From: Candidatus Thorarchaeota archaeon
GTDB taxonomy: Archaea; Asgardarchaeota; Thorarchaeia; Thorarchaeales; Thorarchaeaceae
NCBI GenBank assembly: GCA_004524445.1
Contig: SDNP01000001.1
Location: forward strand, 64,001 to 128,000
Length of the DNA: 64,000 nt
Direction of reading: 5' to 3'
Position 1 is the stretch's first letter, and every line of letters starts with the position of its first letter. The notes beneath the pieces are model-generated. The model was not told the DNA's origin, ran no database searches, and saw nothing but the letters and a program-made list of their open reading frames with translations. Below are positions 41,639 to 51,897 of the stretch, one piece after another. The translations under genes and the position numbers were made by a program.

Positions 41639-43096
41639 CTAGGCTCGTCTTACATCGTAGTCTCGAGGGTCTGTAGCCCTAATTATGGCTGTAACAGAAT
41701 CCTGATTGAAACCTTTGAATCCTTGTCTTCGCTCAATTACTTCCAGATGGCTGCCTATCGCACCATTCTCCACGAAATTATCATAACTTCGTTCACCAAT
41801 GAAACCCTCTTCCAACAAAGCGTCCAATCGCTTCTTCTCAACATCTCTTCTCTTAGCCCCCGTGAAGGCTTGTTTTAGAAAAGAAAAGTCAGAGAAGGGT
41901 TTCATCACCTCTACGCCAAAGCTCTCAAGCGACTTCTGAGCATGGGCAAAATCAACTCTAGTAGCAAGATGATGCAGTCCCGCTTCTAGAATGCTCTCAC
42001 CATGAATTGCAGTCCAAAGCCCGACAGTCCCTAGTGATTCCTTTTCATCAAGCTCGGTATGCGCAAAATCAATCTCTTTCTCCGTAGCAGAGATATCAAT
42101 ATCTGCAAAAACTACAATCTTGCATTCCTGTTGTTCCAGAATCTGAGCCCCCCATCCAGCGCTCTCTCCTGCAAAAAACCTCTCTCGGGGTGAGAATCCC
42201 ATAGTTTCCAGTATTGCAATTAGTGTCATGAAATGTTCTCGTGATGAACGGTACGTATGATGGTCATGATTTCCCCATCCTAAGCCAAATTTATCTTGGC
42301 GCTCCTTTTGGATTTGCCCTGCCCAGTCGCGGCTTTGCCAAAAGATTCTCTCTGCTCTAAAGAACGCATCTGCCATTCGTGCGGGTTTCAAGCCGTCAGC
42401 AACCTCTTCAACAAGATTCTGTAGAGCCTCCATTCCTTCTTCAGAATCTTCATAACGCCTACGTCGTAGTCTAAAACTATCAAACGCATCCTGATACTGG
42501 TCGATATCTTCTGCTGCAGCCTGCACTTGATATCCATTATATCCTCTTCTCTCTATTGCAGAAACTTTGAATTTTTCATCTTCTTCAATCAGACATCTTC
42601 GATATGGTGCATACATCTCTCCCTCCGTATTATGCCCCTCTCCAATCGATCGAATGAAGTGCTCCAATTTTTCTGGGTGCAAAACCAGCTCCCTCTCACT
42701 CTGATTTGATAGGATAATGGGGAAAAAGATGCTTTTGTTATTGGAATAGACCTCCAATTCATCTGGTGCATCAATAGATGTATCATGTTCAAACCCGAAT
42801 GCGGTAAGCTTTTCCTGCATTTCCGAACCCCACGGCAGAATAATATGGTCAATCCAGTCGATTAGCTTGGTTGACGTAAACGCAGCTATCTGTTTGGAGA
42901 ATCGGCTGACGAATTCTTGATTCTTCACAAATTCCTTTACCAGTTCTTCAAGGAACATCTCCACGTCCCCAAATAATTGCCAATCGTATTCATCCATTAG
43001 AATCATACTCAATCGCAGAACGACTGCTGGCTGCTCATACGCGGGGATACAATTTTGGTTTTTGGTTCTCTCCCTTGTATCCAAGCTAATCAGCAA
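41639..43096 (-). CDS. Conserved hypothetical protein, possibly VOC-fold metalloenzyme
   Basis: His/Glu motifs GWGNHDHHTYRSSR, GLHHLA, SHLEVIER; true start probably near 42997 (MDEYDW). Confidence 0.6.
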   Translation of the reverse strand: MLISLDTRERTKNQNCIPAYEQPAVVLRLSMILMDEYDWQLFGDVEMFLEELVKEFVKNQEFVSRFSKQIAAFTSTKLIDWIDHIILPWGSEMQEKLTAFGFEHDTSIDAPDELEVYSNNKSIFFPIILSNQSERELVLHPEKLEHFIRSIGEGHNTEGEMYAPYRRCLIEEDEKFKVSAIERRGYNGYQVQAAAEDIDQYQDAFDSFRLRRRRYEDSEEGMEALQNLVEEVADGLKPARMADAFFRAERIFWQSRDWAGQIQKERQDKFGLGWGNHDHHTYRSSREHFMTLIAILETMGFSPRERFFAGESAGWGAQILEQQECKIVVFADIDISATEKEIDFAHTELDEKESLGTVGLWTAIHGESILEAGLHHLATRVDFAHAQKSLESFGVEVMKPFSDFSFLKQAFTGAKRRDVEKKRLDALLEEGFIGERSYDNFVENGAIGSHLEVIERRQGFKGFNQDSVTAIIRATDPRDYDVRRA

Positions 43097-43149
43097 GAGT
43101 AATTACTGAGCATCTTTCCATTATGTACTGCACAGATAGGGTGAAGGTA

Positions 43150-44682
43150 TTGGTTATTGAAATAGACGGAGAATCTCTCTCTATTGAAGACATAATTGAG
43201 GTAGCTCGCAATCATGCGAAAGTAAGATTGGCTGATTCTGCGCGAGTGAAGATGGATAAGAGCCGAGAAGTCATAGAATCTGCAGTTGAAGATGGTCGAG
43301 TAGTCTACGGAGTGAATACTGGCTTTGGAAACTTGGCAAATGTATCAATTGACGGAACCGAACTGGAGAAATTACAGGTCAATCTCATTAGAAGTCATAG
43401 CGTGGGCATAGGAGATCCATTTTCATTAGAGATTGTTAGGGGGATGATGCTCCTGCGAGCAAATGCATTAGCAAAAGGTTACTCTGGTGTGCGTATTGAA
43501 TTGGTGGAAACTCTTGTTCAGATGCTAAATGAGCACGTAACGCCAGTAGTTCCTGAAAAAGGGTCTGTAGGTGCGAGTGGGGATTTAGCACCTCTAGCGC
43601 ATATGGCTCTCGTTATCATTGGTGAAGGAGAAGCATTCTACGGTGGTGAGAGATTTGATGGTAAAACAGCCATGAAGAAAGCTGGAATCAAAACCTTAAC
43701 TCTACGGGCAAAAGAGGGAGTTGCCCTCATTAATGGAACGCAAGCAATGACCTCTGTTGGCGCCCTTCTGGTTCATGATGCATTGGCATTAATTCGTGAT
43801 GCGTTGGTGGCATCCGCAATGAGTCTTGAGGCCCTGCGGGGAACCAGAGCCGCATTCGATAAACGAATACATGAATTGCGACCTCACGAAGGTCAGCTAG
43901 ATGTGGCTGAAGCATTAATGCGTATCCTGCCTGATAGTGAGATTAATCAATCCCACGCAGATTGTGGAAAAGTTCAAGATGCATACACTCTTCGATGTAT
44001 TCCTCAAGTGATTGGGGCAAGCCTTGACACAGTACGTTATGTCCGTAGCATTTTGGAAACGGAACTCAATTCAGTCACCGACAATCCTCTGGTATTTCCT
44101 GATGAACGGGATGTGGTCTCCGGAGGGAATTTCCATGGTCAACCCATCGCATTAGCCATGGATTTCCTGGGTATCGCTCTCTCCGAGATAGCAAACATTT
44201 CCGAGAGGCGAACTAATCGATTGGTGAATGCTAATTTGAGCGGTCTTCCTCCCTTTCTTGCTGCAGAAAGCGGCCTGCAATCAGGCATGATGCTTGCTCA
44301 GTATACGGCAGCAGCATTGGTTTCAGAAAATAAGATTCTTTCACACCCTGCTAGTGTGGACTCAATTCCAACCAGTGCTGATCAAGAGGACCATGTTAGT
44401 ATGGGGACCATTGCGGCTAGAAAGGCACGGGAAATCTTGGAGAATGTACGTAATGTGATTGCTATAGAGTACCTTTGCGCAGCGGAAGGTATTGATTTGC
44501 TTACTCCCCTAAAGGCTGCAAATCCACTTATTAGTGCTAAACAAGTCATAAGATCTCAAGTCGCAAAAATGGAAGATGACCGCGCCCTGTCTAATGATAT
44601 AGCCAAAATCTGTAATCTCCAATTATCTGGTAAGATGATACAAGAAGTAGAGAGAGAAACTGGCTCCATTATCCCTGAATAG
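43150..44682 (+). CDS. hutH: Histidine ammonia-lyase
   Basis: YGVNTGFG, MIO tripeptide GASGDLAPL, QDAYTLRC, GGNFHGQP, QEDHVSMG. TTG 43150 preferred as start. Confidence 0.95.
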   Translation: MVIEIDGESLSIEDIIEVARNHAKVRLADSARVKMDKSREVIESAVEDGRVVYGVNTGFGNLANVSIDGTELEKLQVNLIRSHSVGIGDPFSLEIVRGMMLLRANALAKGYSGVRIELVETLVQMLNEHVTPVVPEKGSVGASGDLAPLAHMALVIIGEGEAFYGGERFDGKTAMKKAGIKTLTLRAKEGVALINGTQAMTSVGALLVHDALALIRDALVASAMSLEALRGTRAAFDKRIHELRPHEGQLDVAEALMRILPDSEINQSHADCGKVQDAYTLRCIPQVIGASLDTVRYVRSILETELNSVTDNPLVFPDERDVVSGGNFHGQPIALAMDFLGIALSEIANISERRTNRLVNANLSGLPPFLAAESGLQSGMMLAQYTAAALVSENKILSHPASVDSIPTSADQEDHVSMGTIAARKAREILENVRNVIAIEYLCAAEGIDLLTPLKAANPLISAKQVIRSQVAKMEDDRALSNDIAKICNLQLSGKMIQEVERETGSIIPE

Positions 44683-44735
44683 CTGGATTTGTGTCCAATC
44701 GTGAACCTTTATCTGGTTCCAAAATCCCTAACTAA

Positions 44736-44755
44736 TTGTTAGATTCATCTAACAA
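44736..44755. promoter_or_regulatory. Palindromic operator, likely DtxR/MntR autoregulatory site
   Basis: TTGTTAGAT-TC-ATCTAACAA perfect 9-bp inverted repeat between a TATA-like TTTAT (~44708) and the regulator ATG. Confidence 0.7.
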
Positions 44756-44783
44756 ATATAGATGGGCTATGGTGGTAATGTAG

Positions 44784-45206
44784 ATGTTTGAACTCTCAAA
44801 ATCCATGGAACAATATATTGAAACCATTTACGATCTTCAGAGAGATTACGGGGCCGCAAGTGTGACCGATATTGCTAGTGACCGCCAAGTTAAGTCCCCA
44901 AGCGTAACCTATGTACTTCGGAAGCTTAAGTCACTTGGACTTATTAACTATAAACGATATCGAAGTGTTACCCTTACAAAACAAGGAACAGAAATTGCTG
45001 AGAAGCTAGAACGCACCCACAAAACCCTCAGATGGTTTCTTGAGATGATTGGAGTTAGTCCGGCAATTGCTGATGAAGATGCGTGTGAACTTGAGCATCT
45101 TGTGCATCGGGAAACCGTTGAGAAGCTGGCTCAGTTCGTAGACTGGATGAAGAACTCGGAAAAAGGGACTCGATGGCTGCAAGCATTTCATACCTCCGAG
45201 GACTAG
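44784..45206 (+). CDS. DtxR/MntR family metal-dependent regulator
   Basis: EQYIETIY, HTH VKSPSVT, DACELEH. Confidence 0.92.
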   Translation: MFELSKSMEQYIETIYDLQRDYGAASVTDIASDRQVKSPSVTYVLRKLKSLGLINYKRYRSVTLTKQGTEIAEKLERTHKTLRWFLEMIGVSPAIADEDACELEHLVHRETVEKLAQFVDWMKNSEKGTRWLQAFHTSED

Positions 45207-45442
45207 TGCCCCAATGAATTTCGTATTGTTAGAGACAAAGGTATACTTGGCGCAACTTTCTCGCATAGGATGAATGCTTCTGGTTTTGAAAGACAGTTTA
45301 GGCGGTGTCACTTGCAAGCCAAACCAGTAACCCCTGACTACTGGCATGGATGTGCTCTTTCTGCAAGGCGATATGAGTGACGATATCTGTTTGAGTACTG
45401 AGAATCTGAGAAACCGGTGCTACTGTTCGGTCAGTGTGCCTC

Positions 45443-46744
45443 TCATAACAGCCAAGCGAGCAGAAAGCAGTATGCTGTAGAGATGAAAAGGTGAAGAATT
45501 CCCAGAATGAAGGCAACTTTAGTAAACTCCCAGCGGTCTATCTCATTTCCGGCGTCAGCCGCTAAGGTTAGTGCTATCATGTTGGGGGCATCACCAAATG
45601 GGATGATGTAACCGCCTATGTTTGTTCCGATAATAAGGGAAAGTGGTACTGGACTGTTGACTCCTCCGAATTCTACCGCCAAAGGAGACAAGAGTGCAGC
45701 CACAGGGATATTGTCAATTGGTGCTAGAACCAGACCTGGCACCCATAGCATGAACAACATGGCAGCGAAGACGTTCCCTGCCACGATATTCTGTAAACCA
45801 AGCACCATTTCATCAATTAGACCGGTCACCTCCATAGCTGCAATTATTCCGAAAAGGCCAATAAGAAAGAATATTGTGTCCCATGAGAGCTCTCTGAGAA
45901 ACTTTGTCACTCGCTTTTCAGAGAATATGAGCATTGCAGATGCAATAGTCAGGGCAAGAAAGGCAGCCTCTAGTCGCATCTGGGGGCCAATTACCAGGCC
46001 GACAAAGAGTATTCCCATCCCGATTGAAGACATGTAGAAATCACGACGGGACTTGATCATCATGCTGGGTCTAATCATCATCAATGGATTACCTGTATCC
46101 AACTCCTTGTGAGCTAACTCTGCAGAGTAATACTTGGAAAGAATTACCATTGTAATCGGGAACAAGAGAAGAGAAAGGGGAAGGAGTGCCAAAAAGAGAT
46201 AGCCGGCCTCTATATTAGCCCAGCTAGAAATGACAAGATTAGATACAGAGCCAACGATAGATGGGAATGAAGCAAAGTTCGAGATAATCACCTGTGAAAT
46301 CAATAAGACTCGGTAATCCATGTCTATCGCCCTGCAGACTTCAACAGTCAGAGGCCCCATGATTAGCATGGTTGGGAGAGGGTCGAAGAACAGAGAGATT
46401 ACAAATACAAAGGCCATGAACGACGTGAAGACACTCTTTGGTTCACCGCCTGTCCTTTGAGCAAGGTGTAAGGCAATATACTGGAACACGCCAGAAGAGG
46501 CACTGATCGAAACCACAATCATCATCGCAGTGACGAAGAGAATCGTATCCCATTCAATGAGGAGGATGAATGCCTCAAAGTTCATTCTATCTGTTAGAAT
46601 AAGGAAACCCACGGACAAGCACATGGCAAACAGGGCTGTGGCTGTTTCGTTTATCTTCTCTGAAAGAATTATAATCATTGTGAAAATAAAGATGACAAGT
46701 ATTAGAATTCCAACGGGTTCCATTTTCCACTCGAGACTATGCAT
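45443..46744 (-). CDS. ArsB/NhaD/SLC13-like ion transporter
   Basis: IEWDTILF, IDNIP, GTNIGG..PFGDAPN. Confidence 0.82.
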   Translation of the reverse strand: MHSLEWKMEPVGILILVIFIFTMIIILSEKINETATALFAMCLSVGFLILTDRMNFEAFILLIEWDTILFVTAMMIVVSISASSGVFQYIALHLAQRTGGEPKSVFTSFMAFVFVISLFFDPLPTMLIMGPLTVEVCRAIDMDYRVLLISQVIISNFASFPSIVGSVSNLVISSWANIEAGYLFLALLPLSLLLFPITMVILSKYYSAELAHKELDTGNPLMMIRPSMMIKSRRDFYMSSIGMGILFVGLVIGPQMRLEAAFLALTIASAMLIFSEKRVTKFLRELSWDTIFFLIGLFGIIAAMEVTGLIDEMVLGLQNIVAGNVFAAMLFMLWVPGLVLAPIDNIPVAALLSPLAVEFGGVNSPVPLSLIIGTNIGGYIIPFGDAPNMIALTLAADAGNEIDRWEFTKVAFILGILHLFISTAYCFLLAWLL

Positions 46745-47052
46745 ATCCTTCCACCCTATTAACTAAACGGTGGAAGATGTAGCTACACACCCTCTGTACT
46801 GAAGATATCACGTTCATAGCTTGTACTGGCTCAAGTGGATAAGGTGACGGAAGAACTAATCCTATAGATTCTCTATGGCCATAATTGAGTAAGTGCAGGT
46901 ATCTTTGGCGATAGCCGAAATATATGTGGGGTTATTAACGCAACAATGCAGTATTTGTCATTAGTTTGTCCATGGGCAGTTTATAGACCTCCATGCACAT
47001 TAATATGTGAACCATAGCCTTCTGTGTTGCAGATCAAGCAAAAACTAAAGTT

Positions 47053-47172
47053 ATGAGCCGGGGCAGCGGGACAGTCGATAAACTACTCGGCGGCTTTGAA
47101 GATAGACTCATGCATCTCTTCTATGACGACAAGGTGCTGCGGGATTATGACCTCCAGATAAACCATTTCTGA
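47053..47172 (+). pseudogene. Possible remnant of a RadA/RadB-like N-terminus
   Basis: 39-codon ORF MSRGSGTVDKLLGGFEDRLMHLFY resembles the TG..LD.LLGG motif; ends inside the repeat at 47155. Confidence 0.3.
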
Positions 47173-47182
47173 CAGATTGAGT
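47155..47182 (+). repeat. 28-bp direct repeat, copy 1
   Basis: CAGATAAACCATTTCTGACAGATTGAGT; 26/28 identical to 48419-48446. Confidence 0.7.
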
Positions 47183-47323
47183 TTCAGAATCTGAAGGTGT
47201 TTCAAAGATTAATTTCTATGCAGCGCCGTAGGTGGATAGTTAGAGGTGCATGCTGCTGCAATAATGATGTGTTCTAATGGATTTTCTCAATAGCCCAGAA
47301 TGAACTGAAGTGTAACATTCATA

Positions 47324-48247
47324 TTGGAGAACTACTGCGGCAGTTTCATGGACGCGCATGAAGAGGAAGCCAAATCCACATCCGAACTGGATGAGAAGAT
47401 GACAGCAAGAGAGGCATTTTTGGTGTTTCTAAAGGGACTCGCAATGGGCCTGGGGAACATTGTTCCTGGCGTTTCTGGAGGGTCGATTGCGTTAATCACC
47501 GGAATCTATCCAAAGCTCATCCTAAAAATTAGCAAAATCAGGCTTTCCATCAGAAGCATCGACTTCTCGTTCCTAGTACCCCTTGGGCTTGGAAATGTAG
47601 CGGCAATGTTTATGCTTGCTAACCTGATTGCTATTGTACTTGCCATCATACCAGGTCCCACCTATGCATTTTTCTTTGGCTTGATTTTGGCATCAGCAGT
47701 CTACATCTACCATTCGGAAGATACATTCTCTGTCCGCTGTATAGTCTTTGCTGCAATTGGCTTTGTACTCGCATTTCTAATTTCAGGAGAAACAGCAAAT
47801 GTAGGTGTCCACAGCCCTCCCATGATTTTTCTATCTGGGGCATTGTCCATCATCGCGTTGATTCTGCCAGGGATTTCGGGGGCGTTCATCTTGTTGTTGC
47901 TCGGACAGTATGAATTCATCATCACTATAATTAAGGACGTAATGCTCTTTGAGCTTATGATATTCGGTTTAGGTGGCCTCATAGGTATCGTCAGTTTTTC
48001 ACATCTACTGAAGAGGTTGTTAGCTAACTACAGAGGTCAGACACTTGCATTCCTGATTGGCTTGATGATTGGCGCCCTTCGTCTACCCTTGACGGTCATG
48101 ATTCAAACTGGCACCAATATTTTCCTCTTATTCTTGGTAGCCGTTATCGGTTTTGCCCTTGTCTATGAGGCTGAGAGGCAATCATCGAAGAGGAAGCATT
48201 CCCGAGAACATGCCAGTAGCGAAACACCAACTGAGAATGTGGATTGA
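47324..48247 (+). CDS. DUF368 family membrane protein
   Basis: KGLAMG..IVPGVSGG.IA and ILPGISG repeats; start may be ATG 47348. Confidence 0.88.
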   Translation: MENYCGSFMDAHEEEAKSTSELDEKMTAREAFLVFLKGLAMGLGNIVPGVSGGSIALITGIYPKLILKISKIRLSIRSIDFSFLVPLGLGNVAAMFMLANLIAIVLAIIPGPTYAFFFGLILASAVYIYHSEDTFSVRCIVFAAIGFVLAFLISGETANVGVHSPPMIFLSGALSIIALILPGISGAFILLLLGQYEFIITIIKDVMLFELMIFGLGGLIGIVSFSHLLKRLLANYRGQTLAFLIGLMIGALRLPLTVMIQTGTNIFLLFLVAVIGFALVYEAERQSSKRKHSREHASSETPTENVD

Positions 48248-48418
48248 TAATCCTCGAGTTGGCGATGTAGGCCTGGTCCCTTTCGATTCTTATCGGTCTA
48301 TTTGCTATTGATGAATCCTAGATCTATATCCGGAATACTCCTTCTATTCTTTAGATTCTTCGTAGCCTTGGGTACGGCAGTTGATGTAATGGTGGGGTGC
48401 AGTGTCTAAGTTGTTGTT

Positions 48419-48446
48419 CAGATAAACCAATTCTGACAGATTAAGT
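48419..48446 (+). repeat. 28-bp direct repeat, copy 2
   Basis: CAGATAAACCAATTCTGACAGATTAAGT. Confidence 0.7.
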
Positions 48447-48779
48447 GAATTCCACCGTCTGAAACATCTGTGTTCCACCCTTTCCCTGCCAGCGTCACAG
48501 TCCTTAGCATAATATATTCACAAACGAAATCATTGGCTGGGAGTTTCTCATGAACTAGCACAAACCGGGGAGGGCAGGTATTGAACAACGCCCCATTCAC
48601 ATACAAATCGAAATGGTGCAGAAGACCTAGATATATGAACGGTGAGAAGAGTTGCTGTGTACTCTTAAGGAAGTAAGTAGAGCTGGCTGACCGAAATTCT
48701 GACACTTTGATTGGTTTCTTCAACTAGAAAATGGACGATCTTGTATCATTCTTGAGTGTTCGATATCTGTTTCCCAATT

Positions 48780-50051
48780 TTACGGACCTAATTTTGTGTA
48801 TATCAGGTTTCCACCTGCAATGACTGTATGCACCAAACTAACACCGAACCTGTATGCAAGATACTCGGGATTTGGCGCATCCAAAATGACAATATCCGCC
48901 CTTTTTCCTACTTCTATGCTTCCAACTGTATCAGCTCTATCCAGCGCATGAGCCGCATTGATTGTAGACGCAGTAAGAGCCTCTCTTGGATGCATCTTCA
49001 TTTTGTAACATGCCAGTGCAATTGTGAAGAACATCGACTCGTTGGCACAATTGGGATTAAAGTCTGTGGCTATTGCAACAGGGAGTCCCATCTGAATCAT
49101 ATCTCGTGCACGTGCATAATCTGTGTTCAGACTGAATGCAGTAGCAGGCAACAACGTTGCAATCGTCCCTGCCTTTCTCATTTCTTCCAATCCTTCATCC
49201 GATGACATTAGCAAGTGATCTGCAGACACCGCATTGAGTTCCGCTGCAAGTTCAGCCCCGCCCAGCTGAACAATCTCATCTGCATGCAGTTTCAATTTCA
49301 TACCTGCTTCCTTGGCTGCTCTCAAAATTCTCCTTGACTGTTCGATATTGAAAACGCCCTCCTCACAAAAGACATCACAGAATTCTGCTAATCCACTTCT
49401 ACCTACAGCAGGAATCATCTCCTCAATGACGAGACCCACGTATTCATCAGTTCTCCCTTTGTACTCGGGAGGTATTGCATGCGCACCAAGGAATGTAGAA
49501 ACTATTTCAGCTGGCAAGTTGTTATTCGCTTCCCTTGCTGCCCTTAGCATCTTCATTTCGGTGTTCGTATCCAAACCATAGCCGCTTTTTGCTTCGATGG
49601 TGGTCGTTCCCCTCTCCAGCATCCTAGTTCCAAATGAGAAAGCGTTGCTGTATAACTCCTCAGGGGTTGCCTTTCTGGTTGCTTTGAGTGTGTTCAAGAT
49701 ACCTCCACCGGCATCGAGGATTTCCATGTATGATTTGCCCTGCAATTTCATCGCAAAATCATTCTCTCGAGAGCCAGCGAATACTAAATGAGTATGGCTG
49801 TCTATGAAACCAGGAATTGCCAACATATTTTGAAAGCTGATTTCGCGAACCTCGGGATTTGCTGTGGTCTGAGATTGGACATATTCTGTTTCTCCTACTG
49901 CAGCTATCACTCCATCAACAATTGCGATAGCTCCATTCTCTACAATGGACAGGTCCATCATTTCTTCACCGCATTTTGGGCTCTTGTTACTATTCTCTAG
50001 TGTTGCAATTTGACCAATGTTTGTCAACAAGATGTCGGGTTTCATGTACAC
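48780..50051 (-). CDS. hutI: Imidazolonepropionase
   Basis: PGFIDSHTH, GGGI, EAKSGYGL, FLGAHA, DVFCE, LHADE, SADHL, ATDFNP. Confidence 0.95.
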   Translation of the reverse strand: MYMKPDILLTNIGQIATLENSNKSPKCGEEMMDLSIVENGAIAIVDGVIAAVGETEYVQSQTTANPEVREISFQNMLAIPGFIDSHTHLVFAGSRENDFAMKLQGKSYMEILDAGGGILNTLKATRKATPEELYSNAFSFGTRMLERGTTTIEAKSGYGLDTNTEMKMLRAAREANNNLPAEIVSTFLGAHAIPPEYKGRTDEYVGLVIEEMIPAVGRSGLAEFCDVFCEEGVFNIEQSRRILRAAKEAGMKLKLHADEIVQLGGAELAAELNAVSADHLLMSSDEGLEEMRKAGTIATLLPATAFSLNTDYARARDMIQMGLPVAIATDFNPNCANESMFFTIALACYKMKMHPREALTASTINAAHALDRADTVGSIEVGKRADIVILDAPNPEYLAYRFGVSLVHTVIAGGNLIYTKLGP

Positions 50052-50159
50052 ATCAGCTACCTGTTTAGTACTCTATACAGACAAAAGTAGGTTTTGTTCA
50101 TGGGCAGTAGTTGAATTAATTAGGGACAACTAGTGGTCGAAGGACAAGAAGAACGGTAG

Positions 50160-50750
50160 TTGTTGTTCATGGAGTATCTAATCCTCGGTTGGAAAGAAGT
50201 CTATAACCTCACACTGCAACTCTCTGAGCGAATATCGGAGAGCGGATTCATCCCTGATTTGATTGTAGGCATTGCCCGGGGCGGATGGATTCCTGCAAGA
50301 ATCCTCTCAGATGTGCTCTATGCAAACGCGATGTTCAATGTTCGAATCGAATACTACAGTGATGTGGGAATCCGAGGTAAGGAGCCAACTGTCACTCAGC
50401 CACTATCTATTCCTATAGAAAAAAAGAAGATTCTCCTAGTTGATGAGGTCTCTGACACAGGTGATTCCTTAATGCATGCTATAGACTATCTTGAGGGTCT
50501 TGGGGCGAAAGAGATAAAGACCGCTGTACTTCATCTCAAAACCCACTCGTGCGTTAAGCCTGATTTCTATATGCAGATTGTGGATGCATGGACAGTTTAT
50601 CCATGGGAATTAAGAGAATCAATCATTGCACTGGTGAAGAAATTCAAGGAAGAAGAGCCTGAAAGCGACATGAAGAGAATTCGCGACAGACTAGTTTTTG
50701 AAGTTGGATTCGAACCAACTGTGACTGATTACTTCATCAAACGCCTTTGA
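50160..50750 (+). CDS. Purine-type phosphoribosyltransferase
   Basis: GIARGG, LLVDEVSDTGDSL, VYPWE. Confidence 0.88.
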   Translation: MLFMEYLILGWKEVYNLTLQLSERISESGFIPDLIVGIARGGWIPARILSDVLYANAMFNVRIEYYSDVGIRGKEPTVTQPLSIPIEKKKILLVDEVSDTGDSLMHAIDYLEGLGAKEIKTAVLHLKTHSCVKPDFYMQIVDAWTVYPWELRESIIALVKKFKEEEPESDMKRIRDRLVFEVGFEPTVTDYFIKRL

Positions 50751-51343
50751 TGGTGTGTTTGGATATGTTACTTGAACGCCTTCAATCGAAGACGAATTCG
50801 GTTTGGATTGGAATAGAGCACATTGTAAATGAATCTGAACTGAGTCGCAGTGACCTACTGGGTCTATTGAACCAGCAACCTAAGATGATGGCGGCACAGT
50901 TTCTTAATCACCAATTCATTGCAGGTTCAGACCACCTGTTATCGGCAGCACAAAATGCGCTTAATGCATGGGAAGGCGGCTATGCTGTGTCCCGTTCACT
51001 GAGTGTAGAGATTATTTTATTCGCGTCAGGACAACGACAAATATCACGAGCGCTTGATACACTGGGTATAGAGAAGTTACCAGAGAACATGCTCATTGTA
51101 GTAGTGGGAATCAAGAAGCCTGATATCGAGCAGTATATCGGAAACCTTGTGGCAACTATCGGGGAACCCCAGGAGCCGATGTTTCGGATAAGCGATCGCC
51201 GGATTCAACAGATATCTGATTATTTTGATGTTAGCCGCAGAGAAATCCTCGCGATTTCAGAAACAGAATCGATTGAGGACAGATGGAAAGCGCTTTCCAA
51301 GTGTGTAGCCAGCCGAGTTTCAATGGTGGCATTTGATTTGTGA
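50747..51343 (+). CDS. cgi121: KEOPS subunit Cgi121
   Basis: HLLSAA..A, SRSLSVEIILFASGQRQISRAL. Confidence 0.85.
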   Translation: MMVCLDMLLERLQSKTNSVWIGIEHIVNESELSRSDLLGLLNQQPKMMAAQFLNHQFIAGSDHLLSAAQNALNAWEGGYAVSRSLSVEIILFASGQRQISRALDTLGIEKLPENMLIVVVGIKKPDIEQYIGNLVATIGEPQEPMFRISDRRIQQISDYFDVSRREILAISETESIEDRWKALSKCVASRVSMVAFDL

Positions 51344-51348
51344 TTTTT

Positions 51349-51897
51349 TCAATACATATCATCGCGCATGGTCATAATTGAAAGAATATCTCGCTCTTCA
51401 ACCAGAACTGATACCCCTGTGACATCTCCAATGACTTCAATCCACAAGTGCTTGTCCGGCTCATCCAAATCGACTTCTCTGGAAATCACATCTGCAGCCG
51501 CACTCACAATCTCCATATGGTCCAAATCCGTGTAACGTCTTCTCACGGTAACTCTGAATGTTTCCTCTTCTTCTATTTTGGAGCGAAGCTCTTTAGCCGC
51601 ATCGACTATGCTTTCAATCTCAGACTTCACACACATCTCTATTGGAGTGAATTTTATTGCAAATCTAAATTGATGCGGGTTTTCTTCTGCAAATTCAGCG
51701 AGCTGACGTATGGTTTCAAATGGATTCAGAGAGGTTTTGCATGTCAATAATCCAGAAACATTGGTGAATGAAATTGATAAATCATCATCACCAATAAGGT
51801 CACCAATGAAGTATCTTACCTCTGACATTGCAGCCTGTTCACGCTCTCGGGGGGTACTAACTAAGATGTTAAATTCTCTCAGAGAAGCCCGCCTCAC
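51349..51897 (-). CDS. THUMP domain protein
   Basis: TFRVTVRRR, VDLDEPD..WIEVIG. Confidence 0.85.
   Translation of the reverse strand: MRRASLREFNILVSTPREREQAAMSEVRYFIGDLIGDDDLSISFTNVSGLLTCKTSLNPFETIRQLAEFAEENPHQFRFAIKFTPIEMCVKSEIESIVDAAKELRSKIEEEETFRVTVRRRYTDLDHMEIVSAAADVISREVDLDEPDKHLWIEVIGDVTGVSVLVEERDILSIMTMRDDMY

Noticed and set aside
48418-48723. 101-aa minus-strand ORF after hutI
   Set aside because: No recognisable motif and it overlaps the repeat; cannot support it as a gene.
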